From a virus: 64,000 nucleotides of DNA. The notes under the pieces were generated by a model. It did not search any database. It was not told where the DNA came from and saw only the letters and a program-made list of their open reading frames with translations. The position numbers and the translations under genes were made by a program. Positions 50,564 through 61,564 of this stretch are shown in pieces (positions within the stretch are counted from its first letter, which is position 1; each line of letters starts with the position of its first letter). Location: positions 32,001 to 96,000 of IMG/VR virus record IMGVR_UViG_3300045988_130225; one strand, 5' to 3'.

Positions 50564-52157
50564 ATGAAAAACAGTAAAAGGATTGTATCGAAGATACAGA
50601 AGAATGTTCAAAAAGAAATAGTGTTAGTATCAAAAAATAGAGAGAGGAAATGGCAACTCGTTAATTTTTGTGAATTTGACAAATATGCAACAAAATCATA
50701 CTGTGCCATTCATGGTGTTGATGAATCATTGAATCTTGGTGATATTACAAAGGTTGATGAAACAAAGCTTAAACCATTTAATATGATTTGTGGAGGTAGC
50801 CCGTGTCAAGATTTTTCTATAGCAGGTAAGCAAAAGGGTTCTGTTTGGACTTGCAAAGAATGTGGACATGAATATAATCCATTGACGGTACATTGGCTAA
50901 AAAGAGATAAGTGTCCATGCTGTGGAAGTAACAATATTGAAAAAAACTCGTTCATCTCTTTTAGTAGAGTATTTAAGAGTAATAAGAGCGAACAAACCCA
51001 ATTTTGGTTTGTATGAAAATGTTAAAAATATTGTTGGAAAACAATTTAAAGAAACTACTTTTAAATTATTTACTGATGAATTGAAAGAATATGATTATAA
51101 TGTGTATTGGAAAGTTTTAAATGCAAAAAATTACGGTATTCCGCAGAATAGAGAACGTGTTTATTTAATTTTTATCAAGAAAGACTTGGATAATGGCAAG
51201 TTTAAGTTTCCAGAGCCATTTGATAATGGTGTTCGATTGAAAGATATGCTTGAAGATAAAGTAGATGAAAAGTATTATATTTCAAAAGATAAAATTGAAA
51301 AATTTTTAAAGAATTTTAATTATGATTTTAGTAAAAATCAGTTAGGCAGTATTGAAAATAATAATTCTCAAACCAATAGAGTATATAATATAGATAAAGA
51401 ATCACCAACTTTAAACACTTGTTCTGGTGGTAATCATCAACCAAAAGTTTTATTAGGAGTTGATAAAACTTTTAATAACCCAAAAATTATAGATGAAGCT
51501 AATTGTTTATGTGCAAGATATGATTGTGGTTTTACTAAAAGAGTTTCAGAAGGCACAGCAGTTTTAGAAAGTATTCCAATTTTAGTTTCAAAGAAAGGCG
51601 AAAAGTTTGATAAAAAGATTAATGAAGCAAATACGTTATTAGCCCGTGATTATAAAGGGTTTGGAAATCAAACTATGAACGCAGTTATTCAAATCCCGCA
51701 AGCAACTAAAAAAGGCTATATTGAATGTGAGCAAAATGGTGTTGCAGATTTATCATATCCAACTTCTACTACAAGAAGAGGGCGTGTACAAGAAAACGGA
51801 AATATTTCACCAACTCTTACAGCATCAGAAACAAATATTTGTAAGATAGAATCATTGATTAGAATTAGAAAATTAACACCAAAAGAATGTTTTAGACTTA
51901 TGGGTTTTTCTGATAATGATTTTGAAAAAGCTGAGAAAACGGTAAGTAATTCACAATTATATAAACAAGCAGGTAACTCTATTGTTGTAGATGTGCTTTA
52001 TTATATATTAGTTGAATTATATAAAGCAATGCCATATCTGTTCGATGATTTGAAACTAAGTAGTTTTTTCTCTGGAATTGGAGCGTTTGAGATAGCATTG
52101 GATAGATTATATAAAGGAATAAATTCTGGAAATTTTATAAGTCTACAAGTAGATTAA
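50564..52157 (+). pseudogene. DNA (cytosine-5) methyltransferase, split by frameshift
   Basis: ORF 50564..51016 carries GGSPCQDFS (motif IV); ORF 50922..52157 carries YENVKN, QNRERVY, QAGNSIVV. Confidence 0.85.
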
Positions 52158-52358
52158 GTTCTGCTTGTGGTAAAAATAAATTTATATATTGTTTAAAATA
52201 TCAACGTACTGAATATGGTAAAAAGATTAGAAAAGATTATGAAAATGGCAAAATAAAAGAAAAACGTTGTAATATGAGAAATTATACAATAAGAGAAGAT
52301 GAATGTTGTAATACTTTAACAACAGTACAGAAAGATAATTATATTATAATAAAAAGAG

Positions 52359-52694
52359 GTGAAGCAAATGAAAGTAAAGAAAGTAAAAGGAATATCTGAA
52401 ATGGGATTTTTTGAAATGAGTTTTGATTTTAAATTTGGAGATAAAGTAAAACCTGTAAACCTCTGTCAATATACTCTTGCTATCGACAGTGAAGTATATT
52501 TGCAAAGTATAAGCAACATGAAAATAATCAATGCTAAAAGTCTTATCGCACTTAGCCAGTTTCCTTATTTCCCCACTGAAACTGTAAGACTTATTATTAA
52601 AGATAACAAGTCAAGTGAAGCAAACAAGGCTTTAGAATATTTTCTAAGTCAGAACACATTTATTGTCAGAAAGCGAGTTGTTCAACATGATTGA
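52359..52694 (+). CDS. Hypothetical protein
   Basis: 111 aa; likely start MKVKKVKGISEMGF. Confidence 0.5.
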   Translation: MKQMKVKKVKGISEMGFFEMSFDFKFGDKVKPVNLCQYTLAIDSEVYLQSISNMKIINAKSLIALSQFPYFPTETVRLIIKDNKSSEANKALEYFLSQNTFIVRKRVVQHD

Positions 52695-53118
52695 TAAATT
52701 AAGAGAAGCAAAAAAAGGTAAACTTACCAAAGAAGAAAACGCAATTAAACAGGTTTCAGCATGTATAAAGGCATGGGAAAATAATGAACCTGCGACACTT
52801 AGCACTGAAACAATGAAAACAATCCTTAAAACTTTAAAAGAGATAAAAGATTTTCGTGACGTTGGCAACGTAAAAACTATAAAAGAATTAAAAAAACTCA
52901 GCCTTAAACGTCAACCTAAAAATCTTAATAAAAAATATTGCGACTACAAAGTTGACGATGAAGAAATCCATTCTTTCTATGGCATCTGCCCCAACTGCGA
53001 GCAACCATTAAATTTCTACTGGCATCAGAAATATTGCGGCAACTGTGGACAAGCCCTTATCTGGCGAAACTTAAAGTCAGTAATAAGCAAGAAAGACCTT
53101 GACAAAATCATAAAGTGA
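52687..53118 (+). CDS. Hypothetical protein with zinc-ribbon
   Basis: MIDKLREAKKGKLTKEENAIKQ...YGICPNCEQPLNFYWHQKYCGNCGQAL. Confidence 0.55.
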   Translation: MIDKLREAKKGKLTKEENAIKQVSACIKAWENNEPATLSTETMKTILKTLKEIKDFRDVGNVKTIKELKKLSLKRQPKNLNKKYCDYKVDDEEIHSFYGICPNCEQPLNFYWHQKYCGNCGQALIWRNLKSVISKKDLDKIIK

Positions 53119-53134
53119 CACGTTCACATTTTTA

Positions 53135-53172
53135 AACCCCTTAGTAACACAAAGTACAAGGGGTTCTTTTTT
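53135..53172 (+). terminator. Rho-independent terminator
   Basis: AACCCCTT/AAGGGGTT stem then CTTTTTT. Confidence 0.7.
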
Positions 53173-56100
53173 ATTTTCAACCAAGTTATCACATTCAGAA
53201 CAAAATTCCCCTATATCTACTTTCTACGGACTGTTACCACCCTAAATCAGAATAAATCCCCCTAACTCAGAGCACGAGATTTCGCCCTATATTGCAAAAC
53301 ACTACATGAAGCCCAAGGGAGTAATTATTTGCAATGTCCTATAAATTGGACACCTAAAACACTAATGAAAATCATTTAAGACTTGAAGCATTGCAATTCG
53401 CCCACTCGAAAACGCCTACGCAAAAACCATTACTTTTCGACTATAGGGGGTCAAGGCACTTTTCGCCAATAGTTCTTTTTAGAACCATTTTTCCGTTATT
53501 CATAAATTTTAATAACGAACAGTGAAATGACAAAACACCTGTCTTTACAACTGACAAGACAACTGACAAGACATTTCTTAATTTTCCACTATGGTTATGA
53601 TATACCACTCTCCCCTAAATTTAACTACCTGTGGTCACTCTTATATACCGTTACAACTCATTTAAACGCCCCTAGAAACGATTTTAATAGATAAGACGAT
53701 TAAGTTATCATACGCAGACTAAAACGCCCACATTTGCCTTGTACTGTTTCATATAAAAAGTGACACCTTATCATGCTCCTAAAACCTCTACAGAAATAAT
53801 AGTCAAAATTTAAACCAGTATACCGGTATACGGCGAATGACCCCCTTGTTCCCCAGTATACAATTACCCCCCTCTATCAGATAATATATTATCTATTGTA
53901 AAGAGTAGATGACTAAGAGATAGAACTACAAGAATTATAAGAATAGATAAGAGATAAGAGGATTGAGAACTGGATAATATGTTGGTTATTACATACTCGT
54001 AAATGTTGCAAAATCCCTATTCTGTGTTATCACCTACACCTATAAAACCACTAGGCATAAAGAGCAAAATGATACACACATTTTCGTCATATATATCTTA
54101 AATACTCTTAGACGATTTACTGTGTGCTATTGTTGTGAGAAATGATATGAAAAGTATAGGTGGTTAAGGTGGTGTGAAAATGGTCTGGGATAGGTATGGG
54201 GAATTTGGTTATCGTGCGTGTGCGTTATATATAATTATATATAGTGGGAGTTAATAAGTAGGAAACGGTGAAGTGATGAGAGATGAAAAACTAAGGATTG
54301 ATATGAACATAAGGATTTAGGAATATAGAGGGCAGAAGGATATATAAGGATATATGATATAAGGTGAGAGTGGGCGTGAGTGGGTGCGGAGATAATGATG
54401 ATAGTTGGGATAGAGCAATAGCAATGGGGGATAGGGGGTAACAGGAGCAATAGATAGAGAGATAATTGAAATACTATGAATATTGGGTGAATATTGAGTT
54501 GTGGGAGTGTGCGGTGTATCAGCTATTCCGAGTATGCGAAAATCGTATATACGAATTGTCTGAAAATACCCCGGTTATACGTGACTAACAGAATGAGTGT
54601 TCGACTAGCCCAGAGGAGGGGGCGATATACTCTGCCTGCATAGGTTCGGAACGTCAAAAAACATGGCTATAATAAATCATTATAGACACGTTTTGCATGT
54701 TATCAATATATTGATAATACTATACGTTCAAAACTAATGGTTTTTATTGATACTTGAACACTTTTAACGTGATTGATATATTGGAAGTATTATATTATGT
54801 TAAAAAAATGACGTAATAAGAAGGTACTATATATGTGATACCGCATACCATTAGCTAAGTTATCTTCCTTTATGTTTCTTCTTTCCCCTCTTCTCTTCAT
54901 ACGCTCTCAATAGTCCGCATGAAACATTGTATATACTTATTATATCTATATTATTCCATCATCCTCTTTCTCCATCTTCCCATATCCTACTATACCATCT
55001 TCCATTCTTTCACCTATCAACCCACTTTCCATCCGTTCATATATCCCACTTATACCAGATCCATTTCAATTCCATTTCCATTTCCACCTGTCATCATTCC
55101 CCACACTTCCACATCTTACAATTAATCCCATGTCTTATCATATCTCATATCACATCTTCTGTTATCTCATACCACCGCACAACATACCCATACCATCTTA
55201 CATAGTAACAATAACCACATACATAGTATTCAATACTACTTGTAATCTTACTCATATCCCATATCATGTTTTACAATACTATCTCATATCCCTATTAATC
55301 CACTATGTTAATATGTTACCCATAAACCCATTATCCATATAGGTTAATATATAAATCATAAACCCTATAACATACTATGTTATTGAATTATAACATAATT
55401 ATATGAGTTGTTGTTATTGATATCATTTTAGGCAATACTTTTATCGCAACGGCTCAATTTTAGTCAATACTTAAAATTTGTACGAAAACTATTGGCATTT
55501 TAGCAATAATGATACATACTAAAACGTTTAATATATATATTATATATGGCACGAAAATGTATGTGTTATTGTTTGAAAAATTGCTACAATTTTCATTATG
55601 TTAGCACAACTCCAATTTTTTGGTTTACATAAGGTGTGAATATTCAGACGCAATTTGAATTTTAGAATAATTTAGCTGTACTTATTAATAAGTGGCGTTT
55701 TTAATAAGTGTATCTAATAATAAATGGCAAGCGATCCAATGCCGGATTTATGTAAATGCCGTTTAAAGCCCTTAGAAGCCGTTTTAAAGCGTTTTAGGGC
55801 TTTCAAAGCATATTTTATCATTAAATGTTTTTCCAATCGAAACTATGTTATGTGGTATTGAAAACTACGTTATTATCTGACAATTTGGCACTCATTAGTG
55901 GTAAGTGCTAATAAGTAAACATATGTGAATTATTGCCATATATGAATAGTAAATAAATGTTTATTAATGGGCTTCTAACATAAAAGCAAAAACACCTATA
56001 TAAGCAATGGGGCTTGTATGTATGCTTACTTATATATATGTATATATGCATGGTGTTTTATATGGGACTTGCATATGCTTTTATATAGTAGTCTGCTTTT

Positions 56101-56345
56101 TTTGTAAATCCCTTATATATAGGAAGTAATACAATCGAATAGATGTTTTTATGAAAAATGTATAAAAAAATATATGTTTTTTGGTAGTTTTTACCATTGA
56201 GTATATATATACTTTTTGCTATACTTGCATTATCAAATGAATCAAATCATTTCCATATCGGAAATATTAAGAATATACGTTCTGTATATTCCAAAAAAAA
56301 TAAAATTAAACATTAAATCATACATATAAAAGGAGAAGAAAAACA

Positions 56346-56639
56346 ATGAAAAAAATATTAAAAGCAAGTACAAAGAGTGGCGCGCGTTGGATCGTATCCG
56401 CAAAAAAAGAAGAAGGCTATAGACTTTCCGATATTTATGAAAGCTATAGCATAGGCAAAGAAAACGCCTATAACGATTGCTTCAACAAATATGTTTCTGC
56501 TGAAACTTCAAAAAATTTCCGTATTTTTTCTCATAATACTTTTGGTTTTTCTGTAGCTTGGGAGGAAACCATAGAAAATGAAGAATATTTACATATTGAA
56601 ACACCACAAAACACATATATTGTGGCTTTAAATCAATAA
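56346..56639 (+). CDS. Hypothetical protein
   Basis: 97 aa after AAAGGAG. Confidence 0.55.
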   Translation: MKKILKASTKSGARWIVSAKKEEGYRLSDIYESYSIGKENAYNDCFNKYVSAETSKNFRIFSHNTFGFSVAWEETIENEEYLHIETPQNTYIVALNQ

Positions 56640-56681
56640 ATAGTTTAATTGTCTGAAAAATAAAACAGGAGGATTTATATT

Positions 56682-56948
56682 ATGAGATTGTCAAAAGAAG
56701 AAAGATTAAATTATCAAGAGAAAGAACCAATTTCCGTTTATGGTATATCAAATTTTGGCGGTATAGCCATTATTGATATAATTCATGATGTGGACGAATA
56801 TATTGTGTGGTATGATTCCCAGATTGAATCTTCTGAAAAGCGTAAAATTCATGTTTCAAAGATTTATTATTCTGAAAATGACTGTTATTTTAAACCATAC
56901 GGAAGCATGTATATCAAGTTGTCGGAATGTTCACGCATTCTGGCATAA
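56682..56948 (+). CDS. Hypothetical protein
   Basis: 88 aa. Confidence 0.55.
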   Translation: MRLSKEERLNYQEKEPISVYGISNFGGIAIIDIIHDVDEYIVWYDSQIESSEKRKIHVSKIYYSENDCYFKPYGSMYIKLSECSRILA

Positions 56949-56972
56949 AAATATAAAAAAGGAGAAAACAAA

Positions 56973-57125
56973 ATGAAAGAACTGAAAAATATCATAGAAG
57001 CAATTAATAATTCTGAAAATTGGGCTGATTGCCTAGAAGAATGTGAAAAATTGTGCGAACTTGCTGGACTGTCCGAAGAATGGAACAAGGCAAGCGGAGA
57101 AAGGGAAATTTGCCCCAAAGGGTAA
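56973..57125 (+). CDS. Small hypothetical protein (50 aa)
   Basis: AAAGGAG then MKELKNIIEQINNSENWADCLEECEKLCELAG. Confidence 0.5.
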   Translation: MKELKNIIEAINNSENWADCLEECEKLCELAGLSEEWNKASGEREICPKG

Positions 57126-57336
57126 TATCGTTTAATTTGAAAAGTCAATTTGAAAATGAAAAGTTTTTTCTTTTTTATTTTTTCTTTTCCTTTATAATAA
57201 GGAAGTCTTTCATTTCTTTTATTTTTTTAATCTTTTTATATTATATCTATTGATTTTTCTTTTCTTTAATGGTATAGTGCAACCATAGTAACAAAGTAAT
57301 AAACAGTATAAATAAGTAAATAGGAGGATTTTAAAA

Positions 57337-57813
57337 ATGAGATTAAGAGAAGGAAAGCTTATATCAGAATGGGAAGATGAATATGAAAACAAAGCGTTAA
57401 TTGAAGAAGTGGAAATCAAACCACATAAAGAAGCTAAACTGGAAAAGGTATATAGACTTTCTTGTTATGCGGAGTATGATGATAATTTTTGCTATCATAT
57501 TTCAATTTTTGATTCCGCAGAAAGTGCGGAAAATCAGCTTAAAGAGTTTAGTTGCGGTAGTTTTAGAAATATTTTGGAAATCATGGTAGAAAATATTCTT
57601 GCAGGTTTTGACGAAAAATTTAAGAACTCAATTTATGAAAGTCGAAAATCTATGAAAAATTTTTTAAAAAAATACAATCGCACTGATAAAGATGAATGTA
57701 TTGATAGAATTAAAAAAATTGTAAACGATTTAATTAATCGTTATGAAATAAGTTATGAAGAAGCAATGATATTATTTGATTATATTTGCGGAAAAGAAAA
57801 AACAAGATATTAA
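57337..57813 (+). CDS. Hypothetical protein
   Basis: 158 aa. Confidence 0.55.
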   Translation: MRLREGKLISEWEDEYENKALIEEVEIKPHKEAKLEKVYRLSCYAEYDDNFCYHISIFDSAESAENQLKEFSCGSFRNILEIMVENILAGFDEKFKNSIYESRKSMKNFLKKYNRTDKDECIDRIKKIVNDLINRYEISYEEAMILFDYICGKEKTRY

Positions 57814-57979
57814 TGATATTAAAAAATTCAAATTGCTTTTTATTTTTTAGACTTTGAAAAAATTAAATGTTGTCCAAAATTCAGAAGTTGGATTATTTAC
57901 ATGGTTTGACTTCTGATTTTTTTGTATTTGATAGAGAAAAAATATAAATCAAAAAAATATAAAAAACATAATGAAAAGT

Positions 57980-58016
57980 ATTGACTTATTTATATATATG
58001 TGGTATATTATAACCA
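57980..58016 (+). promoter_or_regulatory. Early promoter with TGGTATATTATAACCAT box
   Basis: TTGACT-N17-TATATT. Confidence 0.75.
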
Positions 58017-58077
58017 TGTTAAACATAACATAGTTATATCAAAACCAAAGATAACAAAAAGAAAAGGAGAATGAATT

Positions 58078-58662
58078 ATGGCAAGTTGTTATAATCTGGA
58101 CGGAATCAAGACAAGTTTAAAAATTGAGATTGAGGAAAGAGAAGCAATACTCAAAGCATGGGAAAATGTAACATTCCCAACAAAGAAAAATGGTGAACCA
58201 TTTGCAGTAATGAGCAAAAATATCAATGGTGCGACTTATAAAAAAGCAGATTATGGTTTAAGTGCTAACAATGTTGAATTGAAAGTTGTTGCAAACAATA
58301 ATCATAAATGGACAACTGATAGTATTGATTGCTATACGTTAGTTAGATATTTAAAAGATAAAAGCAAAATTGCAAAAACTGAAAATTATATGCCTAAAGA
58401 ACTTTGTTTGGAACAAGTTTATAAGTTTGATTTAGAGGACATTAAAGAAGCTGTAAATAATAGAATTGAATACCTTAAAGGATATGTGGAATCTTTGAAA
58501 AAGCAATTAGAAATTGCAGATAAAGCATATGCAGGTTTCAGAAAAGTATATGAAGATGCAATGGCAGTTCTGGACAATGTGACGGAAACAAAGAAAGATG
58601 AATACAGCTTTTTAAAATCTAGTATTTTAGATACAATTAAAAATCGTTATCCATATTGCTAA
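58078..58662 (+). CDS. Hypothetical protein
   Basis: 194 aa. Confidence 0.55.
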   Translation: MASCYNLDGIKTSLKIEIEEREAILKAWENVTFPTKKNGEPFAVMSKNINGATYKKADYGLSANNVELKVVANNNHKWTTDSIDCYTLVRYLKDKSKIAKTENYMPKELCLEQVYKFDLEDIKEAVNNRIEYLKGYVESLKKQLEIADKAYAGFRKVYEDAMAVLDNVTETKKDEYSFLKSSILDTIKNRYPYC

Positions 58663-58734
58663 AAATCACAGCGCAGAGGAAAAAGAAAAAATTCCTCTGC
58701 CATACATAAAAAAATCAGAAGGGAAAAACAGAAA

Positions 58735-59040
58735 ATGGATTTTAAAAACATAACAGTGAAAAGTTATAATCTTACTAACAATCAGATTGTAACAGAAATT
58801 AAAACGATAGGTGATAAAACATTAGCTTATTTTTTCAGTAGTTACGATTCTACTATTTGTAAGTTGGATATTGTAAATAATGTTATTTATGTCCATAAAA
58901 ACTGGAATTATTCAACAACCACAACAAAATGGTTCAATAAATTTCTTTCTATTGTTCTGGAAGAAGAAGTTAAATTTAAACAGCAAAAAGAAATTAAAGC
59001 AAAAAATAATATTTTTACTGTAATAATGCTTGACAAATAG
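58735..59040 (+). CDS. Hypothetical protein
   Basis: 101 aa. Confidence 0.5.
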   Translation: MDFKNITVKSYNLTNNQIVTEIKTIGDKTLAYFFSSYDSTICKLDIVNNVIYVHKNWNYSTTTTKWFNKFLSIVLEEEVKFKQQKEIKAKNNIFTVIMLDK

Positions 59041-59105
59041 TAGAAAATGTTATACAATCTATTACAGAAACAAAGAAAAACGCATATAGAAAAGGAGAAA
59101 ATATT

Positions 59106-60329
59106 ATGTATACAATCGCAAATGCACAGTGGTCATTCAAAAAAATCGCACAGGAGATTAAAAAAGGAAACATTGACTTTAAATGCGGAGGCGTTCAAAG
59201 AGGGGACGTTTGGGATAATGCAAGACGTTCTTTACTTATCCAGTCTGGATTAAAAGGAGATATTATTCCTTGTCTTTATATCCGCAGAAATGGAGAAAAT
59301 AAAGATAAATACGAAATGCGTGACGGCAGACAGCGTTGCACAACTTTAGCAAAATTCATTAATGATGGTTTTGTAACTTCTGGTATTCCAGAATATGAAG
59401 ATGGGGATAAATTAGATTATCGTATTTGCAGGAATGGTGAAATGGTATCAGCAAACGGTATTAGTTTTGAAAGTCTTTCAGATGATGAAAAAATGGATTT
59501 TCTTACAAGAAATATTACAGTTTATTATATTGACGGTGCAACGGATGCAGAAGCCGATATGATTTTTTTGAAACTTAACAACGGAAAAGCATTGACTACA
59601 GCAGAAAGAAACAGAGCAGAAGCAAAATCAAGAAGTGAAATCATTGATATTGCTAACCATAATATTTTCAAGTTGATGTTTAGTGAAAAAACGTTAGATA
59701 ATAACGCTTTTGATACCGTTGTAAAATCTTATATCATGTTAAATAATGATAATCCGTCATTGCTTAACAAAGACGTTAAACCGTTGATGAAATCTATTGA
59801 TATTACAGAAGAAGACAAAAAACAGCTTACAGCAGTATTTGATTACATTCTGGAAGTTTATAATCTTTTGGAAACAAAGAAAGTTAAGAAAAGAATCATT
59901 GGAAAGACTAGCTTTTTATCTTTAATTCCAGTTGCAGAACAAGCATTAAATGATGGAAAGATAGCAGAAGAGTTTGCAAGCTTTCTGGATAAATTTTTCT
60001 CTGGAAAGACAACAAAGGAACCAACAATCAGTAAGACTTATAACGATAACTTCTTCGATTCTTCCGCAAGTCGTATGAAGATTAGATTACGCCACAATGC
60101 ATTAATGAATGAATATGAAAAAATGTTCAATGGTGAAACTGAAAATATATATAGCGAAAATGCAGAGGATTTACAGGAGGAGATTGACGAAGCGGAAACA
60201 GTAGAGGATTATATTAGTATTGACGAATTAAGCAAGCCAGATACAGATGAAGAAGTAACAGTAACAGAAGATTCTACACCAGAAGAACATATAGAGGAAC
60301 AGCAGACAGAAGATATAGAAGAATTTTAA
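59106..60329 (+). CDS. DUF262 (ParB/Srx-like fold) domain protein
   Basis: GGVQRGDVWDNARRSLLIQSGLKGDIIPCLYIRR...YEMRDGRQRCTTLAKFI. Confidence 0.75.
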   Translation: MYTIANAQWSFKKIAQEIKKGNIDFKCGGVQRGDVWDNARRSLLIQSGLKGDIIPCLYIRRNGENKDKYEMRDGRQRCTTLAKFINDGFVTSGIPEYEDGDKLDYRICRNGEMVSANGISFESLSDDEKMDFLTRNITVYYIDGATDAEADMIFLKLNNGKALTTAERNRAEAKSRSEIIDIANHNIFKLMFSEKTLDNNAFDTVVKSYIMLNNDNPSLLNKDVKPLMKSIDITEEDKKQLTAVFDYILEVYNLLETKKVKKRIIGKTSFLSLIPVAEQALNDGKIAEEFASFLDKFFSGKTTKEPTISKTYNDNFFDSSASRMKIRLRHNALMNEYEKMFNGETENIYSENAEDLQEEIDEAETVEDYISIDELSKPDTDEEVTVTEDSTPEEHIEEQQTEDIEEF

Positions 60330-60422
60330 TAATTTATAATCTATCTGGAAAAGAAAAAGGATATGTATAAAAGCATATCCTTTTTTTTATTGTAAAAAAT
60401 ATAAAAAAGTATAAATAAACCA

Positions 60423-60459
60423 TTGACATTTTAATGTTTATATGGTATATTATAACCAT
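60423..60459 (+). promoter_or_regulatory. Early promoter with TGGTATATTATAACCAT box
   Basis: TTGACA-N17-TATATT. Confidence 0.75.
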
Positions 60460-60479
60460 AGAAATTACAACAAAGGAGA

Positions 60480-60764
60480 ATGAAAGATATGAAAAAGATT
60501 TTATTAACAGTTTTAGGAACAGCGGGATTTATTGGAATGTTTGCTTATTGCTGTACACTTGCAAACAGAACAGAAGTAATGACTTGTATTTCCTGTGAAG
60601 GTAATGATATTGTATCAACCTTTGAGGATGCAGACGGCAACTTGTGGGAATACGATCATTACTATGCTGTAGTTGGTGATGATTACAAGGTTACAATGCA
60701 CGATAATGATACAATCAATATTTATGACGATTTTATTGTTAAAGTTGTACCAGTAGAAGATTAA
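60480..60764 (+). CDS. Small membrane-anchored hypothetical protein
   Basis: Translated ORF with N-terminal ILLTVLGTAGFIGMFAYCC; likely start MKKILL at 60489. Confidence 0.5.
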   Translation: MKDMKKILLTVLGTAGFIGMFAYCCTLANRTEVMTCISCEGNDIVSTFEDADGNLWEYDHYYAVVGDDYKVTMHDNDTINIYDDFIVKVVPVED

Positions 60765-60791
60765 AAAATCAAAAAAAGTTATAATATACCA

Positions 60792-60828
60792 TTGACAAAA
60801 CTATAAATCAGTGGTATATTATAACCAT
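60792..60828 (+). promoter_or_regulatory. Early promoter with TGGTATATTATAACCAT box
   Basis: TTGACA-N17-TATATT. Confidence 0.75.
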
Positions 60829-60874
60829 AAGATTTAAGCCATTAAAGAAAACAATTAAAAAGGAGAAATCAAAA

Positions 60875-61540
60875 ATGAAAAACGAAAAGATTCTGGAAAT
60901 GTTAAATAACGGCGAAATTGAGGAATTGAAGAAAGTAATCTCAGAGGAAATCTATAATAGTTCTCTGGATAAAAACGGTAATGCAAAATCCAGATATAAA
61001 GCAATGAAAGATTTTTATAAATTTCCTAGTGACAAAACAGATACAAGATTTTTAAAACCATGTAAAAAGTCTATAAGAGGGCAACTTTATAATTGTTTTT
61101 TAAGTTCTGATGTTTTGGTATGTACCAAAGAAAGCACTGGAAATATTGAACTGTATAACGAGAAAGAAGAAGCTAGGGAATGGTTTAATGTAGAAAAATT
61201 AATTAATGCTAGTGACTTTGAAATTATTGAAGATATTGATTTTAATGATATTCTTTCAGAAGCTAAAAGCAAAGGATTTAAACCAGTAAAGCAAGAGATT
61301 CAATACGGTAACTGCGCTAAGTATTATTTGCGTTTCAGAGATGCTTATTATAAAATAGGGCATCTAAATAAAGGTTATAGCATTATAGATGGTGGAAAGC
61401 ATCAAGAAGTATTTTATAATGATAAAGTATCACCATTATACATTTATAATTCCTTGGGAATAGTAATGTTATTGCCTGTAAGAATTGATATAGCTTTAAG
61501 AGATAATAAAGATAAAGACTTTGTATACGTTGAAAGATAA
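60875..61540 (+). CDS. Hypothetical protein
   Basis: 221 aa. Confidence 0.5.
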   Translation: MKNEKILEMLNNGEIEELKKVISEEIYNSSLDKNGNAKSRYKAMKDFYKFPSDKTDTRFLKPCKKSIRGQLYNCFLSSDVLVCTKESTGNIELYNEKEEAREWFNVEKLINASDFEIIEDIDFNDILSEAKSKGFKPVKQEIQYGNCAKYYLRFRDAYYKIGHLNKGYSIIDGGKHQEVFYNDKVSPLYIYNSLGIVMLLPVRIDIALRDNKDKDFVYVER

Positions 61541-61564
61541 AAAAAAGAAAAGAGGACAAAAACA

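Noticed and set aside
54835-55125. Small ORFs at 54235, 54919, 54927 and 55130
   Set aside because: Composition-driven frames within a pyrimidine- or purine-skewed block, no ribosome sites, repetitive S/H/Y/P content
56030-56060. TATATATGTATATATATGCATG as a regulatory palindrome
   Set aside because: Simple dinucleotide repeat, not distinctive
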